Below, in pieces: positions 9,686 to 18,065 of a stretch of 32,000 nt of DNA. Below the pieces are notes generated by a model that worked only from the letters and a program-made list of their open reading frames with translations, was not told where the DNA came from and ran no database searches. The DNA lies in the NCBI RefSeq assembly GCF_003966335.1, contig NZ_CP034549.1, positions 540,001 through 572,000 of the forward strand. The letters are read 5' to 3'. Positions within the stretch are counted from its first letter, which is position 1. Each line of letters begins with the position of its first letter. Both the position numbers and the translations under genes were made by a program. The stretch comes from Nonlabens ponticola. Lineage in GTDB: Bacteria; Bacteroidota; Bacteroidia; Flavobacteriales; Flavobacteriaceae.

Positions 9686-11413
9686 TTACGCATCTGGCGC
9701 AACAGGTTTTACAACGCTGTTTTCTAGAATTTGTTCTAGGATCTTTTCAGTAATTACATAAACTGGCTTTACACCTGTAAGACCTAAACCACCACTGGCA
9801 AGTGTATGGCCTGTTTTCAATGGATTATCGCTAGCATAATATGCATAACGCACTTTTACTTTCTTACTGATGCTGCGACGCACTTTGGATGCCGCTTGAA
9901 TCGCTTTTTGATAATGTGCACCTTCCATTTCAAGACCTATCACACGCCAGCTACTGTTGTAGAAGTATTCAAGTACATCCTTGTTTTGAAGAGAAGTTCC
10001 CAAAACAGTGACCATAGAGCCGCTCACGACGCTCAATCCATCTGTTTTGAGATCTTTTTTACTCAGTCTATTTTTAAATGGATAATTATCTGCCGTGCCT
10101 TCAAAAACGTGGGCATCTGGCACCATAATATCACCTTTCTCGCCTTCAAGAATTCCAGCTTTACCCATAATACTGATGGACTTGATATTCATCATTTTAT
10201 AATCATCCTTGCCGGCTTTGTAAGGTTTTAATAATTCATCCAGTGTTTCATAAGCCTGTTCTCCAAATGCGTAGTCCATAACTATGATGACTGGTTTTTG
10301 ATCTGTTCCGCTTTCGCGAAAGCTGTCTTCACAAAATCCTACCTGCTCAAATTGGAATCTCGCGGTATCAAATATCTGCACGTCAATATTAGTACCGCTC
10401 TCATCCTTGAGTTCTTGCATACCGTTCTTGAGCGCCATTTTCTTGATCACATCGCGGTTTTTCTTGCCTGCATCGTTACTCAAAGAAGCAAAAACTTCCA
10501 TTCTACCTTTTTTTTCCATTTCTGTTTTTAAGGCTTTGGGGCCATAAATGGAATTCATTACACTGTGCAAGTTGGCACTGATGATGTGCAGCGGTCGATC
10601 AAATAAATCATGATCGATCAAATGCTTTTTGATGCGTGTTGCCCAGCGATCACCATGAATATGGTGACCTAATCTCTCGCGTAATACGGGTGAAAATGTA
10701 ACGACACGCTTTTGCTCGTCCATAATCTCACGCTTGCCTAGCAATCCTAAATGGTAAATCGTACTCAAGAATTGATTAGGATTATGCGGCGTTGCAAAGT
10801 CATCATATACGTTCACGACCTCTTCAAAGGTTCTACCCAGAATATTTGCCGTGTGTGTTATGGCGACTTCTTTCTCTTCCTGGCTTAGTTTCTTTTTTTG
10901 AACGGCGTCTTCCAGACAATTCCAGTCTCTGGTCGTGTTGCCGTTCTCGCCAATAATCACGCGTTTCATGATCTTGTGAGATTCAATCATCAGGAATGTC
11001 AAGTGCGTGAGGATATCATAGATCTCTGATCTACCACGAGTGATCTCAATATTCATCTGGTGCTTATCGATGCGATAGCAGTTACGGCGGCGTTTTTTAG
11101 GAACAATCGCCTTGAAGTGGCTGCCAGAATAACCTTCATCACTGGTCAAATTGATATAGGTACATTCCTCGATGCCCATGGGCAATCGATCCATGACATA
11201 AAGCAAGCCACTCAACTCGATCTTATCCTCTGCAATGGAACCGTAGATTTCAGGACGTATGGTAAGCAGCGACTCGCGCAAGGATTCACCACTCACGCCC
11301 ATAGGCTTGTAAAATCCACGATTGAATAAGTGACGCATGGTGATATACATGCGCTCGATAGCATTGGTACTTTCTTGTGCTCTAGTTCTAGGCTCTACGT
11401 TAATGATGGGCAT
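9686..11413 (-). CDS. Uncharacterised conserved protein with a C-terminal AMP-nucleosidase / nucleoside-phosphorylase (PNP_UDP_1)-like domain
   Basis: 575 aa. The C-terminal ~200 aa contain IMGKAGILEG..GDIMVPDAH, VIGLEMEGAHYQKAI and YYASDNPLKTG. These parallel the E. coli AMP nucleosidase core (MIGHCGGL..GDYVLAHA, AIDMESATIAAQ, CVSDKPLHGE) as I recall it. I do not recognise the N-terminal ~370 aa. Confidence 0.6.
   Translation of the reverse strand: MPIINVEPRTRAQESTNAIERMYITMRHLFNRGFYKPMGVSGESLRESLLTIRPEIYGSIAEDKIELSGLLYVMDRLPMGIEECTYINLTSDEGYSGSHFKAIVPKKRRRNCYRIDKHQMNIEITRGRSEIYDILTHLTFLMIESHKIMKRVIIGENGNTTRDWNCLEDAVQKKKLSQEEKEVAITHTANILGRTFEEVVNVYDDFATPHNPNQFLSTIYHLGLLGKREIMDEQKRVVTFSPVLRERLGHHIHGDRWATRIKKHLIDHDLFDRPLHIISANLHSVMNSIYGPKALKTEMEKKGRMEVFASLSNDAGKKNRDVIKKMALKNGMQELKDESGTNIDVQIFDTARFQFEQVGFCEDSFRESGTDQKPVIIVMDYAFGEQAYETLDELLKPYKAGKDDYKMMNIKSISIMGKAGILEGEKGDIMVPDAHVFEGTADNYPFKNRLSKKDLKTDGLSVVSGSMVTVLGTSLQNKDVLEYFYNSSWRVIGLEMEGAHYQKAIQAASKVRRSISKKVKVRYAYYASDNPLKTGHTLASGGLGLTGVKPVYVITEKILEQILENSVVKPVAPDA
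10310..10323. repeat. Iterated 14-bp palindrome GCTTTCGCGAAAGC, copy 3 (inside the PNP-like protein gene)
   Basis: Exact match and the only copy in a different frame: AGC TTT CGC GAA AGC, giving SFRES. It lies in the apparent linker just before the PNP-like domain. Confidence 0.95.
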
Positions 11414-11430
11414 AAAAGGTAATTTCTATG

Positions 11431-11438
11431 CAAAGATA
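11431..11438 (-). promoter_or_regulatory. Bacteroidota -7 promoter box TAtcTTTG (minus strand) upstream of the PNP-like protein gene
   Basis: Plus-strand CAAAGATA, 17 nt upstream of the ATG at 11413. Confidence 0.5.
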
Positions 11439-11547
11439 GGCTTATGGTTGATGAGGATAAAAAAGCTGTGGTTGGGTTCAATTAAATCGCATCAATTGGG
11501 CAACACAACAATTTCCTCCTGCCAAGGAACAACTCGTCAATTGGGAT

Positions 11548-13044
11548 CTAGGGCTCATCAAAAAACTTCGCAATTTTCCTGTCGTTAGACAATCTGGGTA
11601 GCTTATTCTGACCTCCTAATTTGCCAATGCTTTTCATGTAGTTTTTAAAGCTGCCTTGTGGTAATATCCTAACTTTAAGTGGTTGCAGGACTTTACCAGT
11701 AATAAGATCATCGTAATAACTATTTTGCTCGCGCATCGCTAGATCTAGAGATGTGGCAAAATCTATTAGCGTTTTATCATCTGGAGCTTTTTCCAGCTCT
11801 AGAAACCACTCGTGATAAGGCAACTCACCAGTTGGTGTATCCAGCTGCGGTGCGACCGTGAATTCGTCAATGATGACATGGTGTTTTGTCGCAGCTTGAT
11901 TGAGTGCCTCTTCTACCTCTTTGCCTATCACATGCTCGCCGCTGGCGCTTATGTAATGCTTGATGCGGCCTGTGACAACTACTCGATAAGGTGCTGTGCT
12001 GGTAAATGCAATGGTATCGCCTATGTTGTACGCCCAAAGTCCTGCGGTAGTTGAGATAATCATCACATAATTGACGCCTATCTCTACCTGACCAATAGTT
12101 AATCGCGGTGGCCGCTCATCATAAAACTGATCTGCTGGTATGAATTCATAAAAGATTCCTGCATCAAGCAATAGCAGCATGCCTTTCTCATTCTGCTTGT
12201 CCTGATAGGCAAAAAAGCCTTCACTGGCTGGAAATAGTTCAATGGTATCTGGCTCGCGACCTATAAGTGATTTGAATTTGGCTCGATAGGGTTCAAAATT
12301 AACGCCACCATAAATAAGCAAATTAAATTCTGGGAAAACCTCGCCCACTTTCTTGCCTGTGCGTTGCACGATGCGCTCAAAATACATTTGTAACCAGCTG
12401 GGAATTCCTGAAATAACGCTCATTCGTTCTGGAATGGTCTCGTCGATGACGGCCTCAACCTTGGTTTCCCAATCGTCAATTAAGTTTGTTTCCCATGACG
12501 GCAGCCTGTTGCGCTGCAAATAGTTAGGCACATAATGAGCTACAATGCCGCTCAACCTACCTAGTTTGATTCCGTTTTTTTCTTCCATTTCTGGGCTTCC
12601 TTGCAGGAAGATCATCTTACCGTCCACAAACTTTGAATTGCCAGTCTCATGTATATAACTCAAGATAGCGTTGCGTGCCGCCTTGATGTGCTCTGGCATA
12701 GATTCTTTTGTAATTGGGATGTATTTGGCGCCGCTGGTAGTTCCACTGGTTTTAGCGAAATAAAGTGGTTTCCCTGGCCATAGAACGTCTTTATCGCCAG
12801 CTACCACTCGGTCGATAAAGGGCTTAAGGTCTTCATAGTCACGCACTGGAACGTTATCTGCAAACTCTTGATGTGTGGAGATGATTGAGAATGAGTGCGC
12901 TTTCGCGAAAGCGGTATCACCAGCCACCTTCAATAACATCTTAAATACATTTTCTTGAGAACGTACTGGATTTTGTGCCCATCGCTGGGTCTTGCGGTTT
13001 ACTCGTGCGGCAAAAACGCGCGCGGCAATGGCTTTAATCGACAT
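11548..13044 (-). CDS. GH3 (auxin-responsive promoter) family acyl-acid amido synthetase-like adenylating enzyme
   Basis: 498 aa with FAKTSGTTSGAKYIPIT (the GH3 nucleotide-binding motif) and the overall GH3 length and pattern. Its start overlaps the M23 stop (TAATG). Confidence 0.85.
   Translation of the reverse strand: MSIKAIAARVFAARVNRKTQRWAQNPVRSQENVFKMLLKVAGDTAFAKAHSFSIISTHQEFADNVPVRDYEDLKPFIDRVVAGDKDVLWPGKPLYFAKTSGTTSGAKYIPITKESMPEHIKAARNAILSYIHETGNSKFVDGKMIFLQGSPEMEEKNGIKLGRLSGIVAHYVPNYLQRNRLPSWETNLIDDWETKVEAVIDETIPERMSVISGIPSWLQMYFERIVQRTGKKVGEVFPEFNLLIYGGVNFEPYRAKFKSLIGREPDTIELFPASEGFFAYQDKQNEKGMLLLLDAGIFYEFIPADQFYDERPPRLTIGQVEIGVNYVMIISTTAGLWAYNIGDTIAFTSTAPYRVVVTGRIKHYISASGEHVIGKEVEEALNQAATKHHVIIDEFTVAPQLDTPTGELPYHEWFLELEKAPDDKTLIDFATSLDLAMREQNSYYDDLITGKVLQPLKVRILPQGSFKNYMKSIGKLGGQNKLPRLSNDRKIAKFFDEP
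12899..12912. repeat. Iterated 14-bp palindrome GCTTTCGCGAAAGC, copy 4 (inside the GH3 gene)
   Basis: Exact match that extends to the 16-bp palindrome CGCTTTCGCGAAAGCG. Encodes AFAKA (GDTAFAKAHS). Confidence 0.95.
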
Positions 13045-13901
13045 TACTCAAAGTTTATAAAATTGGTAGGATCTAGTGGATAGCCATTGCTCCACAACTC
13101 AAAATGTAAGTGCGGCCCATTAGTGAGCTCGCCAGTGTTGCCCACGCTAGCGATGACCTCACCTGCGAGAACCTGATCATTTTGCTCCTTATTCAAGGTC
13201 TCGCAATGTTTGTAAACCGTAATCAAGCCGTTACTGTGCTCCAGCAAAATGGTATAACCAGTCTGTGCTGCCCATCCTGAAAAAATCACGGTGCCAGGTG
13301 CGGCGGCCTTGATAGGTGTGCTCACTGGCGCGGTAACATCAACCGCATAATGGCGTTCCTTGACATTAAAACCATTTGAAATACTGCCTTTTACAGGTGT
13401 ATAGAAAACAAAATTGGTACGCGCGGTGGCACCTTCTAGCACATTGTATCTATCTTCTCGTGCTACTTCTTCACGCAGCAGGCTATCCTCACGACTTATG
13501 CTGAAGTCTGCACTGGCGGCAGTCTCTACTCGCGCGATGCTGTCGATGCGTTCATATTCTTCACTAGTGATATTACCACTCAACACCATCTGGATGCGGT
13601 CGTACTGTTGTTCATTGATTGCCAACTGTGATTTGAGCGAGTCTGTCTCTCGCAACAGCGCCATGGTTTGTGGCCTGTTATCAATGCCTGAATATCCAGG
13701 AATGAATTCGCGCACTGGTGTAAAAGCGATAAATAATGTTGTGAGACCTATTAAAATCACGGCACTTACCACAGTCATTACAAACACATTGAGTCTGGTG
13801 AGTTTGAGTGAGAAACGCTCTTCAAACGTGTCGTCATTAAGCACCACCATGCGGTAATGGTGTCTCCACTTACTTTTATATTTTTTAGGGCTTTCACTCA
13901 T
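13044..13901 (-). CDS. M23 family (LytM-type) metallopeptidase, membrane anchored
   Basis: 285 aa with an N-terminal TM helix (VFVMTVVSAVILIGLTTLFIAF), HYAVDV and a C-terminal GNTGELTNGPHLHFELW (M23 zinc-ligand motifs). Confidence 0.88.
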   Translation of the reverse strand: MSESPKKYKSKWRHHYRMVVLNDDTFEERFSLKLTRLNVFVMTVVSAVILIGLTTLFIAFTPVREFIPGYSGIDNRPQTMALLRETDSLKSQLAINEQQYDRIQMVLSGNITSEEYERIDSIARVETAASADFSISREDSLLREEVAREDRYNVLEGATARTNFVFYTPVKGSISNGFNVKERHYAVDVTAPVSTPIKAAAPGTVIFSGWAAQTGYTILLEHSNGLITVYKHCETLNKEQNDQVLAGEVIASVGNTGELTNGPHLHFELWSNGYPLDPTNFINFE

Positions 13902-13909
13902 GTACTCTA

Positions 13910-13917
13910 CAAATATA
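13910..13917 (-). promoter_or_regulatory. Bacteroidota -7 promoter box TAtaTTTG (minus strand) upstream of the M23 peptidase gene
   Basis: Plus-strand CAAATATA equals minus-strand TATATTTG. Only 8 nt separate the box from the ATG at 13901, which implies a very short leader. Confidence 0.4.
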
Positions 13918-13998
13918 AATAAACGTTACCGCTGCTCACAGATTGTGGTAAGTAGGTAATCGACTGGTACAGATAATAATTTGTCTATGACAGTGTTG

Positions 13999-14006
13999 TA
14001 TCTTTG
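13999..14006 (+). promoter_or_regulatory. Bacteroidota -7 promoter box TAtcTTTG upstream of tatA
   Basis: Exact match to the TAnnTTTG consensus, 20 nt upstream of the tatA ATG. Confidence 0.5.
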
Positions 14007-14026
14007 TTATACTAAAACTTTATGTT

Positions 14027-14224
14027 ATGATCACTGGATTCATTTTAGGAATGTTTGGCGTTTGGCAAGTTGTTCTTGTTGTTTTGGCTATTTTATTACT
14101 CTTTGGTGGTAAAAAAATTCCTGAGCTCATGCGCGGTTTAGGTGGTGGTATCAAAGAATTCAAGGATGCAACCAAAGAAGATAAAGAGGACGCTACCAGT
14201 AAAGGCATCGACTCCAACAAATAA
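14027..14224 (+). CDS. tatA: Twin-arginine translocase subunit TatA/E
   Basis: 65 aa with one TM helix followed by LLFGGKKIPELMRGLGGGIKEFKDA, the canonical TatA hinge and amphipathic helix. Confidence 0.9.
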   Translation: MITGFILGMFGVWQVVLVVLAILLLFGGKKIPELMRGLGGGIKEFKDATKEDKEDATSKGIDSNK

Positions 14225-14241
14225 TATGCGTTGATCGCATT

Positions 14242-14278
14242 AAAAAAGCCCTGTAAGATGATCTTACAGGGCTTTTTT
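14242..14278. terminator. Bidirectional rho-independent terminator between convergent tatA and the lipoprotein gene
   Basis: AAAAAAGCCCTGTAAGA-tga-TCTTACAGGGCTTTTTT. Perfect GC-containing stem flanked by an A-run and a T-run. Confidence 0.85.
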
Positions 14279-14300
14279 ATGGATTACAATCGGCTTAACC

Positions 14301-15278
14301 TTATTGATTGTCTTCCTTTTCTACAAAGCGTATGCTGTTGAGAATTGCCTCAATCTCAAATAGATAATTGCGCTGCACAGCATTGGGTGCAGAAATGTAG
14401 CCTTCTACAATTAACCACTTTTCTTTATCTGCATTGTAAATAGCATAGTTCAAGAACGGACCTGCCATGAACATATCCCTGACTTCCCAAGTACCTTTAG
14501 TCTCAAACGCAAACCTGCCATCGACTTGTGTCTCATTCACATAGGGTGAAAAAGCAGGCTCTGTACGGAACGGACCACCGTCAGTTGGGATCTTAATCAA
14601 TCCTATGGAGTCTCTCACGGCAACAATGTCTTGCACCACGCTGCTATCGCGTTGTATCTGGCTCAACGGTACTTCATAGATAAGCATGTCCATCGTTCCT
14701 TCTACAATATTGCGTCGCAACCAGGTGAAATCTGGATCGTCTACCGCGGCATATCTATAGGCTGTAGGCACATTCATATCAATACCAAAACGGTCTGTAA
14801 TACGATCTGTATTTAAGCGCACACGATCAATAAGGCGTTGCTTTTCAGTTAATTCTCCTTGTTTGAAAATGGTAACGATGTTATCGGCATTTTCGCTTAT
14901 TTGCTCGGCGATTTCACGTGTGTCTTTTCCCTGAACGATTACGCCTATTTGCGGTGTGGCGTATTTATTCTTGCGTATGCCAACGCTTGCAGTATCTGAC
15001 TTTCTTACAAAAAGGTAATTGCGGGATTTCTTGAGCATGCCCTTAAATGACTCTGGCTTGACCTGATTGAGCGTGAACATTGCCTCGTCACGTACCAATC
15101 CATCAATAGGTCGTGCCAGCACATTCCTGATCGTGTCACCTATCTCGCCATCCCAGTTCTCACTGTTCACAACAATTAATATATCGTTGAGTTTACCTGC
15201 GCTGTCGTTTATACGCACTGGCTCTTCCTTACAGGAAATAAGCACTAATGCAACAAGTAATGTGGTTATAATTCTCAT
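14301..15278 (-). CDS. Lipoprotein of unknown function (possibly DUF4837 family)
   Basis: 325 aa with signal peptide and lipobox MRIITTLLVALVLISC. The family name is from memory of flavobacterial annotations and is unverified. Confidence 0.6.
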   Translation of the reverse strand: MRIITTLLVALVLISCKEEPVRINDSAGKLNDILIVVNSENWDGEIGDTIRNVLARPIDGLVRDEAMFTLNQVKPESFKGMLKKSRNYLFVRKSDTASVGIRKNKYATPQIGVIVQGKDTREIAEQISENADNIVTIFKQGELTEKQRLIDRVRLNTDRITDRFGIDMNVPTAYRYAAVDDPDFTWLRRNIVEGTMDMLIYEVPLSQIQRDSSVVQDIVAVRDSIGLIKIPTDGGPFRTEPAFSPYVNETQVDGRFAFETKGTWEVRDMFMAGPFLNYAIYNADKEKWLIVEGYISAPNAVQRNYLFEIEAILNSIRFVEKEDNQ

Positions 15279-15282
15279 ACTA

Positions 15283-16776
15283 TTATTTTAAGACCAGCGT
15301 CATTCCTGGTTTTAGATTCTTAGAAGCCTTAGGGTTTAATCGCTTAAGTTCCTTGACGGTCATGTTATTGCGCCTAGATATTGCCCATAGGCTGTCACCA
15401 GATCGCACGACATAATTTTTGACCTTTGCCGTTTGCCTAGTTGCACCGGTCGTGGTGTTAATTTTAAGACGCTGCCCAATTGTCAATTTATTGCTGCGTA
15501 GGCGATTCCATCTTTTGATTTCGGAAACCCTAACATTATATCGTGCTGCGATTTTACCTAGATAATCACCGCTGCGCACCCTATAAGTAATGCTGGTTGA
15601 TGGCTTGAGAAGCTCTGGTAATGGTTGTTCTCTTTTTTCAAATTCTGCTTTCGCGAAAGCGTAAACCTTATCCTCATTACCTGCAATAACGGCAACCTGC
15701 TCTATAGGTAGCCTCAAATAATGTGGTTTGCCTTGCTCTATAGGTATGATTCCCAATTTGTAACTAGGATTAAAAAACTCGATGGTTTCCTTGTCAATGT
15801 CTAGCTGGCTCTCGATTTGATCAAAGGAGATTTGATTCTTAATCAGGACCGTATCAGTCTCCATCATAAGCCTAGAAGTGCGCTGTGGTTTAAAGCCATG
15901 CTCTTGGGCATATGTGAACAAATACATCATCGCCTGGAATTTAGGCACGTAACCAGCAGTTTCCCTAGGTAAATGCGGTCGCAAATTCCAGTAATTTTTC
16001 TTGCCGCCACTACGGCGTATGGCTTTGTTGACATTACCAGCACCGCTGTTGTAAGCGGCGAGAGCCAGATCCCAATCATCATAAATGCTGTAGAGTCTGT
16101 TGAGATATTTACATGCCGCTATGGTTGATTTATTGGGATCCATGCGCTCGTCAACATAAGAGTTGACCTCGAGCCCATAACCTTTGCCCGTTGCATACAT
16201 AAACTGCCAGAGTCCGGTTGCACCTACTCTACTCTTTATTTTCGGATCCAGAGCGCTCTCAACAACGGCTAGATATTTCATCTCTAACGGTATGTCATAG
16301 CGATCCAGCTGCTCCTCAAACATGGGGAAATAATAATCACTAAGCGTCATGATGCGTTCTAGATACACACGCTTGTAGGTAAGTTGCTTTTTTATAAGCT
16401 GCTCAAGAATTGGGTTGTATTCAATATTAAAAGGCGTGCGCTCATTTATGCGCTGTAATCTCGCCTTGAGCGTATCTGTGCTTAATGTTGAGTCACCTAC
16501 ATTAGGTAAGCTATCTATATTTTTAAATAAATACTCATAGCCATCATGATCATACAGCATGTCCATGTAGGCCTGATCAAATCGATCTACCTCTTCATAG
16601 TTCTTCATCACTAGTGAGTCCAGCGATTGCAAGGGATCGATTGCTCGATCAACGCTAGTCGTTTCCAGAAACTTGACACTATCCACGGCAACGACCATAG
16701 AGTCTGTAACCTGCCCTTGCATCAATGCGCAGGACAACAGGATAAAGAGTGTCCACATTTTCTTGAGGTACATCAT
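15283..16776 (-). CDS. Membrane-bound lytic murein transglycosylase D-like protein (SLT domain plus two LysM domains)
   Basis: 497 aa with a signal peptide, the SLT catalytic region VVESALDPKIKSRVGATGLWQFM...AAYNSG, and two C-terminal LysM repeats (YRVRSGDYLGKIAARYNV..., YVVRSGDSLWAISRRNNM...). Confidence 0.88.
   Translation of the reverse strand: MMYLKKMWTLFILLSCALMQGQVTDSMVVAVDSVKFLETTSVDRAIDPLQSLDSLVMKNYEEVDRFDQAYMDMLYDHDGYEYLFKNIDSLPNVGDSTLSTDTLKARLQRINERTPFNIEYNPILEQLIKKQLTYKRVYLERIMTLSDYYFPMFEEQLDRYDIPLEMKYLAVVESALDPKIKSRVGATGLWQFMYATGKGYGLEVNSYVDERMDPNKSTIAACKYLNRLYSIYDDWDLALAAYNSGAGNVNKAIRRSGGKKNYWNLRPHLPRETAGYVPKFQAMMYLFTYAQEHGFKPQRTSRLMMETDTVLIKNQISFDQIESQLDIDKETIEFFNPSYKLGIIPIEQGKPHYLRLPIEQVAVIAGNEDKVYAFAKAEFEKREQPLPELLKPSTSITYRVRSGDYLGKIAARYNVRVSEIKRWNRLRSNKLTIGQRLKINTTTGATRQTAKVKNYVVRSGDSLWAISRRNNMTVKELKRLNPKASKNLKPGMTLVLK
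15647..15660. repeat. Iterated 14-bp palindrome GCTTTCGCGAAAGC, copy 5 (inside the MltD-like gene)
   Basis: Exact match, encoding AFAKA (KVYAFAKAEF). Confidence 0.95.
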
Positions 16777-16804
16777 ATAACTTACACGATCAATCTTCTT
16801 GCCA

Positions 16805-17989
16805 CTATTGTTCTTGCACTGCTTTGATTCCTGGTAATGTTTTTCCTTCCAGCATTTCTAGCATGGCGCCACCACCAGTAGATACGTAACTTACTTTATT
16901 CTCAAAGCCAAATTGTTTTACCGCTGCAACCGAGTCGCCACCACCGACAAGTGAGAAAGCACCATTAGCCGTAGCATCTGCGACAGCATTACCAATGGCA
17001 ATGGTTCCTTTAGAAAAAACGTCCATCTCAAAGACACCTGCTGGGCCATTCCAAAGAATCGTTTTACATTCTTTAATAACAGCAGCAAAATTTTTTCTTG
17101 ATTGCTCACCTATGTCCAGTCCCATCCATCCATCGGCTATTTGATCGATTGGAGAAAGGTCGCGTGTGGCCTGCTCAGAAAATGAGTCTGCAATCACAGA
17201 ATCTACTGGTAGGTGAATCTGTGTATTAAGTTCTTTGGCTTTTTCAAGAAGTTCAAGAGCCAATTCTTGCTTGTCATCCTCGACAAGCGAATCACCTATC
17301 TCGCCGCCTTGAGCTTTCACAAAGGTATAGGCCATACCACCAGCTAGGATCAAGTGATCTACTTTAGGTAAAATGTTCTCGATCACTGTAATTTTTGAAG
17401 AGACCTTTGCACCACCCAAAATAGCAATTACCGGAGATGTAGGAGAATTCATGACTTTATTAAGACTATCCAATTCCTGCTCTATCAGCTTACCGAAGCA
17501 CTTTTCTTTAAAAAATTGAGCAATAATAGTGGTTGATGCGTGTGCACGATGTGCAGTACCGAAGGCATCATTGACGTAAACGTCACCTAATTGAGCCAAT
17601 TGCTGTGCAAAGTCTGTGTCGCCTTGCTCCTCTTCCGGATGAAATCGTAAGTTTTCTAATAGTAAAACTTGTCCTGACTCCAGTGTTTTTGATTGTTCCA
17701 GAGTTTCCTCACCAACACAATTACTAGCAAAAATCACTTGCACTCCTAAAATATCAGATACTGTTTCTACAATATGTTTGAGCGAGTATTTATCCTCAAT
17801 ACCATCTGGACGTCCTAAGTGCGACATAAGCACGACAGATCCACCATGCTCAAGTATGTGGACGATAGTTGGTTTTGCAGCCTCAATTCTAGTAGTATCC
17901 GTTACTTGTAGCTCCTCATTAAGTGGTACATTGAAATCTACTCGTATGAGCGCTCTTTTATCTTTAAAATCTATTTGTTCTATGTTCAT
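16805..17989 (-). CDS. pgk: Phosphoglycerate kinase
   Basis: 394 aa with RVDFNVP, SHLGRP, FENLRFH-type LLENLRFHPEE and STGGGA. Confidence 0.97.
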   Translation of the reverse strand: MNIEQIDFKDKRALIRVDFNVPLNEELQVTDTTRIEAAKPTIVHILEHGGSVVLMSHLGRPDGIEDKYSLKHIVETVSDILGVQVIFASNCVGEETLEQSKTLESGQVLLLENLRFHPEEEQGDTDFAQQLAQLGDVYVNDAFGTAHRAHASTTIIAQFFKEKCFGKLIEQELDSLNKVMNSPTSPVIAILGGAKVSSKITVIENILPKVDHLILAGGMAYTFVKAQGGEIGDSLVEDDKQELALELLEKAKELNTQIHLPVDSVIADSFSEQATRDLSPIDQIADGWMGLDIGEQSRKNFAAVIKECKTILWNGPAGVFEMDVFSKGTIAIGNAVADATANGAFSLVGGGDSVAAVKQFGFENKVSYVSTGGGAMLEMLEGKTLPGIKAVQEQ

Positions 17990-18013
17990 ATATCAGGCAT
18001 TTGTGAGCCTACA

Positions 18014-18021
18014 CAAATATA
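18014..18021 (-). promoter_or_regulatory. Bacteroidota -7 promoter box TAtaTTTG (minus strand) upstream of pgk
   Basis: Plus-strand CAAATATA, 24 nt upstream of the pgk ATG (17989). Confidence 0.5.
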
Positions 18022-18053
18022 ATGGTTATGGTATAACCTGCTTTACAGACTAG

Positions 18054-18061
18054 TATATTTG
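18054..18061 (+). promoter_or_regulatory. Bacteroidota -7 promoter box TAtaTTTG directly upstream of holB
   Basis: Exact TAnnTTTG match. Only 4 nt (CAAT) separate it from the holB ATG at 18066, suggesting a leaderless or near-leaderless mRNA. Confidence 0.4.
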
Positions 18062-18065
18062 CAAT

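Noticed and set aside
14020-14220. A 66-aa minus-strand ORF opposite tatA.
   Set aside because: It mirrors the unmistakable TatA reading frame. TatA has the canonical motif and the antisense product does not.
14910-14925. CACGTG-centred sequences that resemble parS half-sites. Besides this one, others occur near 7420-7440, 25550-25565 and 28490-28505.
   Set aside because: They match only 10-11 of 16 consensus positions, which is too weak to call as parS.
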